Source: an uncultured cyanobacterium (GTDB lineage Bacteria > Cyanobacteriota > Cyanobacteriia > Cyanobacteriales > Microcystaceae). Taken from it: a stretch of DNA of 64,000 nucleotides. The stretch covers positions 40,733-104,732 of the forward strand of contig CAWEDJ010000040.1 of the NCBI GenBank assembly GCA_963807635.1. Direction: 5' to 3'. The position numbers were made by a program, and so were the translations under genes. The notes below the pieces were generated by a model that did not search any database, was not told the DNA's origin, and saw only the letters and a list, made by a program, of their open reading frames with translations. This document shows positions 1-10,190 of the stretch, one piece after another. The first letter of the stretch is position 1; each line of letters opens with the position of its first letter.

Positions 1-2279
1 TTCATTTTCCAGGGACAACGGACGGTGCAGGAACGATGATAAACCCTAGGTAATTCAGCCCTGACTTGTGCCAGCGATCGCCCCTGGAGAGTCAACATTT
101 CCACGACCTTGGCGATACTAAACATGGCATCAAAGCCTGGATGAAGCTTGGGAAAAATAAAGCCCGTTTCCCCACTGCCCCCTAAAACCACATTGCCATG
201 ACTTTGGGCCGCTTCCATCAAAGCCGTTGGGTTAGCTTTGGTGCGAATGACCCTGCCATTGTATTGACGCGCTAATTTTTCGACCGCACTGGAAGCCTGA
301 ACGGGAACGACGACCGTACCGTTGGTGTACATGGAAAGAATCATATTCACCATCAAGGCCGTTAATAATTCGCCCCGAATAGGTAGCCCCGATTCATCCA
401 CTAAAATTAATTGTTCTCCATTAGCCGAAACCTGAACTCCTAAGTTAGCTTTTAAGGCTTCGACGACTTGCCCTAATTGGTGGAGCATGGTTTCTCGTTC
501 TTCATTGGTAACCGCCGTTTGACGTAGACTAGCATTCAACACCACCGCATCACAGCCAAATTTACTCAATAGTTGGGGTAAAATCGCGCCTGATACGCCA
601 TAAACGTAATCAATAACGATTTTTCCCCCACCTTGGCTTAAAACTTCGGATTCTAATTGGGCTTCAAAGGTAGTGCTATAGGTTTCTAAGACCTGGGCGG
701 GGTAGGACATATCGCCAATATCGGGGATAGAGACTCTCCTTAAATCTTCTTTGAAATAGGCTCCTTCGATTTTCTTTTCGGTTGTTTTGGAAATATTAAT
801 GCCCTGGCTATCTAAAAATTCGATCAGGATAAATTCAGGGCGATCGGGATGAATCCGTACATGAATTCCCCCGACAACGTTTAATTTGGGGATAATCGTG
901 CGAGAAATGGGAATGGCAGTGGCATCCAAATTTTTAATATTGATTCCCACAGACATCAAACCCGCAATCAAGGAACGAGTTACCATGCGAGAAACATTGC
1001 GCTGATCACGGGAAACCACGATTTCCGCCCCCATTTTCAGGGTTGAACCGTAGGCGGCCCCCAACTTCACGGCAAATTCTGGGGTCATATCAATATTGAC
1101 AATGCCCGACACTCCCCGTTGTCCAAAAAGATTGCGATGGGCTATATTTCCCCAAATCAAATTAATATTTAAAATCGCGCCCGATTCTACCCGTTTACTC
1201 GGCCAAACTTTGACATTCGAGCTAATTTGAGCTTCTTCTCCGATAATCGACAGCGCACCAATAACGGCTCCTTCAAACACATGGGTGCGACGCTCCATCC
1301 GTACTCCTCTCCCCACAACACAGGCCGCTAAAAAACATTCGTCTCCTATCATGGCCCCATTCCAAACGATCGCCCGTTTTAGATCGGCTCCTGCGCCAAT
1401 GGTGACATTATCCCCAATGACCGTTCCCGCTTCGAGGGAAGAACCAGTCCCAATGCGACAATCATTGCCAATGATCAGAGGCGGTTGGAGGGTGACGGTG
1501 GGATCAATGACGGTATTTCTGCCGATCCAGATGCCAGGCGCGGTTTCTTCTTCCACAAAATCAAGGTTAACTTTACGGTCTAGGGCATCGTATTGGGCTT
1601 CTCGGTAGGCATCCAAATTTCCCACATCACACCAATAACCTTCGGCAATGTAACCATACATGGGTTCATTTTTTTCGAGGAGCAGGGGAAAGAGATCTTT
1701 GGAAAAATCGCTTTCCTCTTTAGCGGGCAAATAATTTAAAATTTCGGGTTCGAGGATGTAGGTTCCCGTATTCACCGTATCGGAAAAAATTTCGCTAGTG
1801 GAAGGTTTTTCGAGAAAACGGCAGATTCGCTGGTCATCATCGGTAATTACGACCCCAAATTCGATGGGATTGGGGACACGGGTTAAAATCAGGGTGGCTT
1901 TTGATCCTTTTTCTTTGTGAAAGGCGATCGCAGCTTGGAGATCAAAATCTGTAATACTGTCGCCACTAATCACTAAAAAGGTGTCATTGAGGAGTTCTTC
2001 GATATTTTTAACACAGCCTGCGGTTCCGAGGGGTTGCTCATCTTCCACCGAATAGGTCATTTGTACCCCAAAACCATCGCCATTTTGGAAATAATCCCGC
2101 ATCATGTCGGGCAAATAATGGAGGGTTACGATCACCTCGGTAATATTGTGTCGTTTGAGGAGATTAATAATATGTTCAGCAATCGGCCGATTGAGAATAG
2201 GAACCATTGGCTTGGGCAGATCACAGGTCAATGGGCGTAATCGAGTTCCCGATCCTCCCGCCATCAGCACTGCACGCAT
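1..2279 (-). CDS. Bifunctional mannose-1-phosphate guanylyltransferase/phosphomannomutase-like protein (3' end runs off window)
   Basis: Manual translation from ATG at 2279: MRAVLMAGGSGTRLRPLTCDLPKPMVP (NTP-transferase signature), then hexapeptide repeats and LFGQRGVSG phosphomutase-like domain; no stop inside window so absent from ORF track. Confidence 0.85.
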   Translation of the reverse strand, partial: MRAVLMAGGSGTRLRPLTCDLPKPMVPILNRPIAEHIINLLKRHNITEVIVTLHYLPDMMRDYFQNGDGFGVQMTYSVEDEQPLGTAGCVKNIEELLNDTFLVISGDSITDFDLQAAIAFHKEKGSKATLILTRVPNPIEFGVVITDDDQRICRFLEKPSTSEIFSDTVNTGTYILEPEILNYLPAKEESDFSKDLFPLLLEKNEPMYGYIAEGYWCDVGNLDAYREAQYDALDRKVNLDFVEEETAPGIWIGRNTVIDPTVTLQPPLIIGNDCRIGTGSSLEAGTVIGDNVTIGAGADLKRAIVWNGAMIGDECFLAACVVGRGVRMERRTHVFEGAVIGALSIIGEEAQISSNVKVWPSKRVESGAILNINLIWGNIAHRNLFGQRGVSGIVNIDMTPEFAVKLGAAYGSTLKMGAEIVVSRDQRNVSRMVTRSLIAGLMSVGINIKNLDATAIPISRTIIPKLNVVGGIHVRIHPDRPEFILIEFLDSQGINISKTTEKKIEGAYFKEDLRRVSIPDIGDMSYPAQVLETYSTTFEAQLESEVLSQGGGKIVIDYVYGVSGAILPQLLSKFGCDAVVLNASLRQTAVTNEERETMLHQLGQVVEALKANLGVQVSANGEQLILVDESGLPIRGELLTALMVNMILSMYTNGTVVVPVQASSAVEKLARQYNGRVIRTKANPTALMEAAQSHGNVVLGGSGETGFIFPKLHPGFDAMFSIAKVVEMLTLQGRSLAQVRAELPRVYHRSCTVRCPWKM

Positions 2280-2530
2280 AATTTTCTCCTTATCTACCGA
2301 ATCATTACCTATCTATCTTAGGTCAAACTTTCTTTCTAAACTGTCACCCAGAACAATTCTTGAAAAATACTTAAAACATAAAAGTGCGATCGCAGTTTTG
2401 TTGGCCGCGATCGCCTATTTTTTCACAGACTCTTAACGATCGCCTATTTTGGGAGAATCTAAACGCGATCACCACATTAGAGTTAATTGCCAAGCATCAA
2501 CAATCACTCTTAGAAAAATATGGAAAAAGT

Positions 2531-2734
2531 TCATTTTGCTTGATGTAGAGACTTATTTAGGATAGGATAGTCGGGATTTTTTGAAATAGGTCGGTTGGGA
2601 TAAGAAGTTGGGAAAGGAACGGTCGCTTTGGTAAAAAATTCGTCTCCCAATTCTGGAATATCTGAGTAATCAATATCCTCATCTGTCATTAGATCAATTT
2701 TAGCCAAGTCGCTTTTGATAGATTTTTTGTTCAC
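2531..2734 (-). pseudogene. BrnA-like antitoxin, C-terminally truncated
   Basis: SDLAKIDLMTDEDIDYSDIPEL motif typical of BrnA/DUF4415 N-terminus; the C-terminal RHH segment is absent; overlaps brnT-like gene. Confidence 0.7.
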
Positions 2735-2972
2735 GATGGTTTGCCTTTCTCATAGAAATAATACGAGTTTTATTTTGGCGAGGAGTATGGACAATCACGA
2801 CCACTCGACTTTCTAATTTGCCTCATGTGATTAGTCTGGATTCATTATAGGCAAAGCGATCATCTACAAAGGTTACACACTCTCCTTCAAAGACTAAGCA
2901 AGCATCCTCAAAGCTAAGTTCGTGTTTTTGTTGATTGATCTCATTTTTCATTTTATCCCATTCATATTGCAT
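2700..2972 (-). pseudogene. BrnT-family toxin with internal stop
   Basis: MQYEWDKMKNEINQQKHELSFEDA...ESRLIT*GKLESRVVVIVHTPRQNKTRIISMRKANHREQ; in-frame TGA at 2823-2825. Confidence 0.8.
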
Positions 2973-3108
2973 TGTGGCGATTTTGTAATTTGAGTTCTTT
3001 TTTCTCTATGTTGCAATTTCCATCGAGCAAGTTCCCGTTATTTGCCAGATGTCCCCCCATCCTCTCAAATACCATCTATAATAGCGATAAGAATTTTGAG
3101 GTAAGCAA

Positions 3109-3255
3109 ATGGTACGGCTGGACGCATTGCGATTAGTTGAGTGGGGCAAAACAGAAAATTCGATAGAATTAGACCTTAACCGCAAAGATTTAACAGAAAT
3201 ACCTAATGCGATCGCATCCCCCTGTATGACAAGCGGTAAAATTAGAACTCAGTAA
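3109..3255 (+). pseudogene. N-terminal stub of a leucine-rich-repeat (Roco/COR-type) protein
   Basis: MVRLDALRLVEWGKTENSIELDLNRKDLTEIPNAIA resembles the cap and first LRR (ELDLxxxxLTEIP); similarity ends at HIP1 3208-3215. Confidence 0.55.
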
Positions 3256-3348
3256 TTTGGCCACGTTTATAAATTGTAAATCACTACTTATTTTTTTTGC
3301 TAGAATGAAAGCTATTCGATTATTGTTCCTCATTAACTTCTCATAATT

Positions 3349-5451
3349 ATGCAAGCAGAGCCATTATCTATTTCCAAAGTTTTTAGAAGCGGTGGAGATA
3401 TCCATTATGTACTTCCTCCATTTCAAAGAGAATATAGTTGGGAAAAAAAGCAATGGGAAGTACTTCTTAAAGATGCCTTTGCGATTTATGAGGAATATAA
3501 TAGAGAATATGATGACGAAGAAGACAGTAATCCACCTGAGCATTTTTTAGGTTCTTTAGTGGTTATTAACGATGGCAATCATAACAATGTAATAGATACA
3601 TATAAGTTAGTTGATGGACAACAAAGATTGACAACGATTTCTCTTTTGTGTTGTGCGTTACGCAATATTGTTAAACTTAATAATCCTAAGTTATCTAACA
3701 GATGTCATAAAATGTTAGTCAATTCTGGTGAAGAATCGGAAGATGATACCTACTATAAGGTACTTCCTACAAATAAATATGGTGATCGTGAAGCTTATCA
3801 AGCCATTATCAATGACAACGAAGTACCAACTTCAGTTAAATCTTCTATTCCTAGTGCATATCAATATATTTTTGATGAAGTTAAGAAAAAAATAAATTCG
3901 GAAGGAATTCACCCGAACACATTTTATCAAGTTATAGCTAACTTCTTTCAAGTTGTTTATATTGAATTGGGAAAAAATGAAAGTCCTTATAAAATTTTTG
4001 AAAGTCTAAATGCAAAAGGGAAAGCCTTGTCTCAAGCTGACTTAGTTCGCAACTACATTGCAATGAGATTACCTATCCAAGATCAAGAAAAAGTTTTTGA
4101 TCGTTATTGGTCAAAAATTGAAACTCTACTCCAAGAAAAAGAAACTGTCGGCAAGTCGGGAATTGGAGAATTAACTGCATTTATTCGGCATTATTTAGCA
4201 ACATATTCCCGAATTTTATGCACGGAAGGTCATATTTATGCTCGTTTTAGGGATCGTTGTGAAAAATATTTCACTAAAGATAAGGATTTTATTGACGAAA
4301 TTATTAAACTTAGTAAATTTGCCAAGTATTATAATTGCTTGATTCGTCCTGAACAGGAGAAAGAGCAAGAAATAAGAGAATATTTAAAACGCATTAATAA
4401 ATTTGAGATTTCAACGACTTATCCCTTTTTGCTAGAACTTTATAATGCCTATGATTCTCAAGAAATCAGTAAAAAAGACTGTGTATATATTTTAAGAACT
4501 TTGGAAAACTATTTGGTAAGACGCTATCTTGCAAGTAAAAATACTAGTTATCTAAATCGAGTTTTTTCTGTATTATGGAGTGATCTTATTAAAGAAAAGA
4601 GCAATCAAAATATTAGAGAAGCTACTGAAACGTTGCTTGCAAGTAAGCAATATCCTTCAGATCAAGAGATACGAGAATCTATTAAAAAAGCTAAACTATA
4701 TAATGATAATGCGATAGTAAAAGAAAAGCTATGCTTTGTTTTAGAAGAAATTAATCGTTATTTATCTACAGGTTCGGATGGCTACACTATCTTAAAAGAT
4801 CAACCTACAATTGAACATATAATGCCACAAACTCTCAGTAATGAATGGAAAAAATCATTAGGTGATGATTTTGAAATGGTTTATCAGACTTATCTCAACA
4901 CATTAGGAAATCTGACTTTGGCAACTTCTGAGTGGAATAGCAGTTTGTCTAATCGTCCCTTTGAAGAAAAAAAGCCAAAACTAGCTTCCCACGCTCTAAA
5001 AATAAATAGCGATTACTTCTCTCAAGATATTTCCTGTTGGGATGAAAATGAAATTCTTAAAAGAACAGATTTTATTGCCGATAATTGTCTCGAAGTCTGG
5101 CCATCTTTTGCTAAAAAAGAATCTTTAAATAAAAATCAGACCAAATTACCTAAATCAGTCACAATCCGTCAACACATAATAGAAATTCCTGATCAAACTT
5201 GGTTACAATTTAGAGTTTTAGTCGTTGAATGGGGAATCACAAATTATCCGAATTCGTTTGAATTAATTAGAGAATCATTTCCAACTCATTTTTGTGATGA
5301 TCCTCAAACATCGAAAAATTGGCATAAACTCAGTAACGGTATCTGGTTATCAAAAAGATATGCAGGAAAAACTCACCTTAGTTTTTGTTCACGTTTTTTA
5401 GAGATTTTAGGTATTTCTGAATCTGAGTGGAGTTATCAGGAAATTGATTAA
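3349..5451 (+). CDS. GmrSD-family type IV restriction endonuclease (DUF262 + DUF1524/HNH) with C-terminal extension
   Basis: FQREYSW, DGQQRLTT, FESLNAKG, TIEHIMPQ, LGNLTL motifs; AT-rich. Confidence 0.9.
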   Translation: MQAEPLSISKVFRSGGDIHYVLPPFQREYSWEKKQWEVLLKDAFAIYEEYNREYDDEEDSNPPEHFLGSLVVINDGNHNNVIDTYKLVDGQQRLTTISLLCCALRNIVKLNNPKLSNRCHKMLVNSGEESEDDTYYKVLPTNKYGDREAYQAIINDNEVPTSVKSSIPSAYQYIFDEVKKKINSEGIHPNTFYQVIANFFQVVYIELGKNESPYKIFESLNAKGKALSQADLVRNYIAMRLPIQDQEKVFDRYWSKIETLLQEKETVGKSGIGELTAFIRHYLATYSRILCTEGHIYARFRDRCEKYFTKDKDFIDEIIKLSKFAKYYNCLIRPEQEKEQEIREYLKRINKFEISTTYPFLLELYNAYDSQEISKKDCVYILRTLENYLVRRYLASKNTSYLNRVFSVLWSDLIKEKSNQNIREATETLLASKQYPSDQEIRESIKKAKLYNDNAIVKEKLCFVLEEINRYLSTGSDGYTILKDQPTIEHIMPQTLSNEWKKSLGDDFEMVYQTYLNTLGNLTLATSEWNSSLSNRPFEEKKPKLASHALKINSDYFSQDISCWDENEILKRTDFIADNCLEVWPSFAKKESLNKNQTKLPKSVTIRQHIIEIPDQTWLQFRVLVVEWGITNYPNSFELIRESFPTHFCDDPQTSKNWHKLSNGIWLSKRYAGKTHLSFCSRFLEILGISESEWSYQEID

Positions 5452-5493
5452 AAAAAGTTAGTAAACACTGTATTTCTCTTTTATAAAAATTTA

Positions 5494-5892
5494 ATGGATA
5501 TTAATTTTGACCTAAATACCTATCGTAATCTATTGTTTGAAACTGCCCCTAAAGTCATTGAATCTGACGAAGAATGTGAACAAGCTTTAATGCAGTCTGA
5601 ACAATTAAGACATAAAAAAAATCGTCTTCCCGAAGAAACCGCACTCTATCTATTATTAATCACTTTAATTGAAGCCTATGAAACCGAGAATTATCCGATG
5701 GAACCCTCAACTCCCCACGAAATTCTGTTACATTTAATGGAATCTAGTGGAACTCGTCAGGCTGATCTCGTCGGAATTATTGGTTCCAGTGGGGTCGTTT
5801 CTGAAGTCGTCAATGGTAAACGAGCAATTAGTAAAGCCCAAGCAAAAGCATTAGGAAAATATTTCAATCTTTCCCCTAGTTTATTCATTTAA
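5494..5892 (+). CDS. HigA-type HTH antitoxin (no adjacent higB)
   Basis: LIEAYE...QADLVGIIGSSGVVSEVVNGKRAISKAQAKALG XRE-type HTH. Confidence 0.85.
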   Translation: MDINFDLNTYRNLLFETAPKVIESDEECEQALMQSEQLRHKKNRLPEETALYLLLITLIEAYETENYPMEPSTPHEILLHLMESSGTRQADLVGIIGSSGVVSEVVNGKRAISKAQAKALGKYFNLSPSLFI

Positions 5893-5963
5893 ACTCAGTC
5901 GAACAAGAAAAAAGATGAGACGAGATCGCCAACCCTCAGACATTAAATATTGAAGAATTTACA

Positions 5964-6332
5964 TTAACTGATCAGTTGATTGATCAGTAATTTTACTTCT
6001 TCTAATTTGTTAACTGTTATTTTTGCTTGAATTTTTAATGCTTTAGTTTGCAGGACTGAAAAGGGTTTATCAACTCTAATCGCACTTTCAACGGGCAAAC
6101 TACCATTTTCTAAGTCTTGCATTTCAATTAGAATTTTATAGGAGTGAGGCGATAAATTAGAGGTGATTGCTAACACAACAATATCTAAATTTGTTCGGTT
6201 ATAGGGGTTATTAGAAATGACTAATGCTGGTCTAACTTTCGCCCCTGTCAAATCTGAAAAAGGAAAATAAATCAGAATAATCTCTCGTTGTTTAACCTTC
6301 AAGACATTTCTCCCATAATCCATCAGGTTCAT
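5964..6332 (-). CDS. MazF/PemK-family toxin (true start may be TTG near 6302)
   Basis: FPFSDLTGAKVRPALVISN...AITS motif. Confidence 0.85.
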   Translation of the reverse strand: MNLMDYGRNVLKVKQREIILIYFPFSDLTGAKVRPALVISNNPYNRTNLDIVVLAITSNLSPHSYKILIEMQDLENGSLPVESAIRVDKPFSVLQTKALKIQAKITVNKLEEVKLLINQLIS

Positions 6333-6495
6333 TGTCGTAAACGTCTTTTAATCCTTCTTCTGCTAAAATTTCGTATTCATTTAGTCTGGTTAATTTTAAA
6401 GTTTCATCGGATTCCACTGTATAAATAAAAAGCTCCTCATCCTTAATTTCAAATTTTTCTTTAATTTCATGAAATCTGGCTACTTTCATATTCAT
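6292..6495 (-). CDS. Putative antitoxin of the MazF-like toxin
   Basis: Small acidic ORF overlapping toxin start; ends LAEEGLKDVYDNEPDGLW. Confidence 0.65.
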   Translation of the reverse strand: MNMKVARFHEIKEKFEIKDEELFIYTVESDETLKLTRLNEYEILAEEGLKDVYDNEPDGLWEKCLEG

Positions 6496-6624
6496 TACCT
6501 TAAAAATTTTCCGAAAATTCCATAAGAGAAATTATAGCCTGAGTTCGTTGATATCGATGAAAACGCGATCGCCGATTTTTAGGCCGCGATCGCTGACTTA
6601 CTAAATTGCTCAATAATCAAAAAA

Positions 6625-6963
6625 TTATTTTGGCCAACCCTTTTCTGCTTGGTCTAGAACATAGGCGGCAATGTCTTCTCTTTGTTCTGGATTTAAACGA
6701 GTTTCAAAGGCGGGCATTGCATTTTTACCTTTGGTAATTTGAGCAACAATAGCCTCTACTGTATCTTTACCATTGGCCTTTAAAGCTTCTTTTTTCAATG
6801 TCATTGCGGCGGCGATCGCATTTCCCCCTCCCATATGACAAGCGGCACAATTAGAACTAAATAGCTTGGCTCCATTGCCGATATCTGCGGCGATCGCGGC
6901 AGGACTAAAGGCTAAATTTGCAATGGTTAAAAGCATTACAAGAACGGCAAAAATTCTTTTCAT
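6625..6963 (-). CDS. petJ: Cytochrome c6
   Basis: Signal peptide from MKRIFAVL (ATG 6963), CAACH haem motif, GKNAMPAF. Confidence 0.9.
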   Translation of the reverse strand: MKRIFAVLVMLLTIANLAFSPAAIAADIGNGAKLFSSNCAACHMGGGNAIAAAMTLKKEALKANGKDTVEAIVAQITKGKNAMPAFETRLNPEQREDIAAYVLDQAEKGWPK

Positions 6964-7133
6964 GAGTATCTCCCTTTTTTCTAGATGGTCTGATTTTGTA
7001 TTGATCATCAAGAAAATTAGGTGATTTGTCAAAAGACAGCCTGTAAAAGATATGCAAATGAGTTGATAAAACCGTATTTGCATCAGTAAGGAATATTTCA
7101 ACCCTATCTGATACAGTAAGCCTTTTAATGTTC

Positions 7134-7775
7134 TTATTCCAGAGCATCCTTAAGAGCCGTTCTCGCCGCCAGATGATTACGAGTAGAAATTAAAATTTCA
7201 GCTTCTTTTTGTAATCGTTCCGAGGTACTTTGTAATTCCAAAAGAGCCTGTTGTTCTGAGGCCACTCCGTACAGATTGCCTGCTACCCAATAGGAAAGCT
7301 CAACGGGTAAAACAGGTATATCGTCGGGTAATTCCAACGGCTGATCGGTTAATTTTGCCGAAAGTTTCACCACGTCATGGAGTAGGCGATCGACTTCTTT
7401 CGCGAGGGGACGTAAATCTTGATTAGTGGCTTCATCCTCAATCCATTCCACCAAACCCACGCGGTAAGGCTTTTCTCGCACATATTCCAACACCCGAAAA
7501 CGTTGTTGCCCCAGGGCCAGCATCTTCATTCGATCATCGGGTAAACGCTGAAACCGTAATACTTCTGCACAACAACCGACATTCGCAATCTCTCCCGTCG
7601 CAGGATCAATCATTAACACCCCAAAGCGGCGGTCATCTTCCAAAATCGTATTCATCATGATGCGATAACGAAATTCAAAAATATGAAGCGGTAGAGGGCG
7701 GCCTGGAAAGAGAACCACTTCGGGCAGGGGAAATAGAGGAAGTTCTCTAATGGCGAGGGAGGATGATGATCGCAT
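7134..7775 (-). CDS. LON peptidase substrate-binding domain protein
   Basis: LPLFPLPEVVLFPGRPLPLHIFEFRYR. Confidence 0.9.
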   Translation of the reverse strand: MRSSSSLAIRELPLFPLPEVVLFPGRPLPLHIFEFRYRIMMNTILEDDRRFGVLMIDPATGEIANVGCCAEVLRFQRLPDDRMKMLALGQQRFRVLEYVREKPYRVGLVEWIEDEATNQDLRPLAKEVDRLLHDVVKLSAKLTDQPLELPDDIPVLPVELSYWVAGNLYGVASEQQALLELQSTSERLQKEAEILISTRNHLAARTALKDALE

Positions 7776-7897
7776 GATCGCTTCTATAAAAGGGGGTAAA
7801 GGGGTTAATGATTCTTTAGTTTAATATAGCGGAGATAGGTCAGATATGGGGGTAGGTGATCGCGTTTTATAATCACTTCAAATAGTCTTTTTAAGGC

Positions 7898-8683
7898 TTA
7901 TTTTCCCGTTAATTTGACCAGACCAATTCCCCCAAAATATAACCCTAAAACTGCCCCTGCTAACAGAGATTGAGTCAGGGGATCGGTAGAGGGAGTTAGC
8001 ACTGCGCCGAGAATCACCGAGCCTAAAACGACATAACGCCAGCCGCCGATCATTTTTTGGGAAGAAACAATGCCTAAATAGCCCAAAATTAATTGGATAA
8101 CGGGAATTTGAAAGGTTAAACCCGTACTTAGCATTAAGAGTAAAACAAACTCAAAATAACGATCAATTGACCAGAGTTGCTCGACCACATCCTCACCGTA
8201 GCTGATAAAAAAGTTGAGGGCGGCGGGAATCAGGGCGAAATAGGCAAAGGCTAATCCGACAAAAAAGAGGACACTGGAACCGAGGACAACAGGGCCTAGA
8301 AGGCGACGTTCTCGGCGGGTGAGACCAGGCAAGACAAATTGAATAATCTGGTAAAGAATAAAGGGACTGGCGACGAGAACCCCACTGTAACCCGCAACTT
8401 TGATCGAAACAAAAAAGAATTCTCCAGGAGCTAATTGGAGGAATTTAACATCCTGGGCGGGCAATTCTAAGGCTCTGACCAGGGGTTTAACCACAATAAA
8501 ACAGCCCACCATCCCCACTGCGATCGCGCCGAGAGAATAAAAAATGCGTAATCGAAATTCTTCCAGGTGATCGAAGAGGGACATTTCTACTTCGTCAGGA
8601 AGTTCATCCAGAAAGGTTTCAGGATTTGGCTCTTGATTGCTGAGGGTTTTGGTTTCGAGTTCTGTGGGGGGCATAGTTTCCAA
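7898..8683 (-). CDS. tatC: Twin-arginine translocase subunit TatC
   Basis: [24 protein letters not shown], several hydrophobic TM segments. Confidence 0.95.
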   Translation of the reverse strand: METMPPTELETKTLSNQEPNPETFLDELPDEVEMSLFDHLEEFRLRIFYSLGAIAVGMVGCFIVVKPLVRALELPAQDVKFLQLAPGEFFFVSIKVAGYSGVLVASPFILYQIIQFVLPGLTRRERRLLGPVVLGSSVLFFVGLAFAYFALIPAALNFFISYGEDVVEQLWSIDRYFEFVLLLMLSTGLTFQIPVIQLILGYLGIVSSQKMIGGWRYVVLGSVILGAVLTPSTDPLTQSLLAGAVLGLYFGGIGLVKLTGK

Positions 8684-8765
8684 GGTTAAATCCGAGGTCG
8701 GTTAACTTATTCTAGCTAAATGTCGCTCGTAGAACTGATTTTATCCCTGGGTTTAACCTTGAGAT

Positions 8766-8881
8766 AAGTAGCTTAAAATTAAACTAACAATAGGTTTTGC
8801 GCTCGATCCCCCCTGCCCCCCTTGATAAGGGGGGTGTCTGTAAGACGGGGGGATCTCATAAAATTTAAGACCCAGCTATTT
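8766..8881. mobile_element. MITE/REP-like element with GC-rich hairpin core
   Basis: Ends AAGTAGCT...AGCTATTT; core GATCCCCCC...CCCCCCTTGATAAGGGGGG...GGGGGGATC. Confidence 0.55.
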
Positions 8882-8905
8882 TGTCAATCGGTCGCCTAAA
8901 AAAGT

Positions 8906-10059
8906 TTATTGACTGACGGAAGGCTGACGGACAAAACTCGGTAAATCAACGCAACGACGGCTTTTGGGTTCCGAGGGATGGATCGCAAAACTGAGAAAGG
9001 AGCGATCGCGTTTAGACGGAATTTTTTCTATGGGTTTAGAGGGAGACGGTTCAGGTTCCGCCAGGGCAACAGGACTGGGTTCAGTAATAGCCGTTGGTGG
9101 GGGGGCAATCATTTCTGGACTTTCGTTGGATTCCCAAATTTCATCGACGGGGGCCACTTTGAACTTTCTGCGGTAACTACGGGGATTTGGGTGATCGCAG
9201 CGTTTAACTCTTGAGGGGTATTTTTATCGGGAAATTTAAACGGTGTTGTCTCGTTAGTTAGGGTTTGGGCTGACCAGGGTTGAATGGGGGTAACTTGTCC
9301 CGTCAGAGACGCGATCGCGTGAGCAATATCAGAAGACGGATTGAGATTGGGCGTGGCCAAACACTGTTCTAGGGCCGTTTTGTACTGAATTGCGTACCGT
9401 TGCTGACGTTGGAGACGGGCGCGGACTTCTTCTAATTGTTGTTCTAATACCTTAATTTGATGACCCTTTTCCTCACAAAATTCCTGCAATAGGGAACATT
9501 CTCGCTCCAGTTCGGCCGTCCGTGCTTGGCTAGTGACAGTTTTTTCCGTTAGGCTTTCCACTTGGAATTGTTGACGTTGGGCTTCTTCTCGGTAAACCTG
9601 AAATTCTGCGACGGTATAGGCCAAATGTTCCTGGACTTTGCTTAATTCTTCCGCTTGTTGGGCGATTAATTGATCGGCACTTTGCGATCGCCTAGCTTGA
9701 CCCTCAAGTTGTCTCTCTGCTTCACTTAAAGCCTCTTTATAAACTGAAAGTTCCTGGAGTAAATCCTGATGTTCTACTAAAAAAGGCGGCATTAACACGG
9801 AAACCGCAGAAACTTCCTGCGATCGCGCAACTTCTTCTGAGATCACCCCCCAGGAATTTTCCGAATCATCGAATAAAGGAGCCGATTCATCAGGAGTAAA
9901 GGTTAAATGACTGAAAATATCCTCCAAAGATTCCAAGCTTTGCTGAACTTCACCCTCCGCCAAACTAGACGGAACTCGCTCAATGTCAAAAAGAGAAGTC
10001 AATGACTCCGAGGGTGGTTCGTCTTCAGAAAACAAGGAAAAAAAGTCAGAATTACTCAT
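8906..10059 (-). CDS. Cyanobacterial coiled-coil hypothetical protein, split by one frameshift near 9160
   Basis: ORFs 9109-10059 and 8906-9157 overlap in different frames; long Q/E-rich coiled coil; C-terminal VDLPSF. Confidence 0.65.
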
Positions 10060-10190
10060 AGGGGATTAGGCGACTTGGCGTTGGCTTGATTAACAAATAG
10101 ATGACATTTACCCCGATTTGGTTTCCTGTAAAGACAAATGACCTTAGAATAAATCTTTGGTTAAGAAATATTAAGCTATCGAGAAAACTC

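Noticed and set aside
1285..2436. Plus-strand ORFs 1285-1608, 2034-2240 and 2146-2436
   Set aside because: Antisense shadows of the nucleotidyltransferase/phosphomutase gene. The same applies to most short ORFs overlapping pntB, ctaA, thrC, the RND adaptor and chlH.
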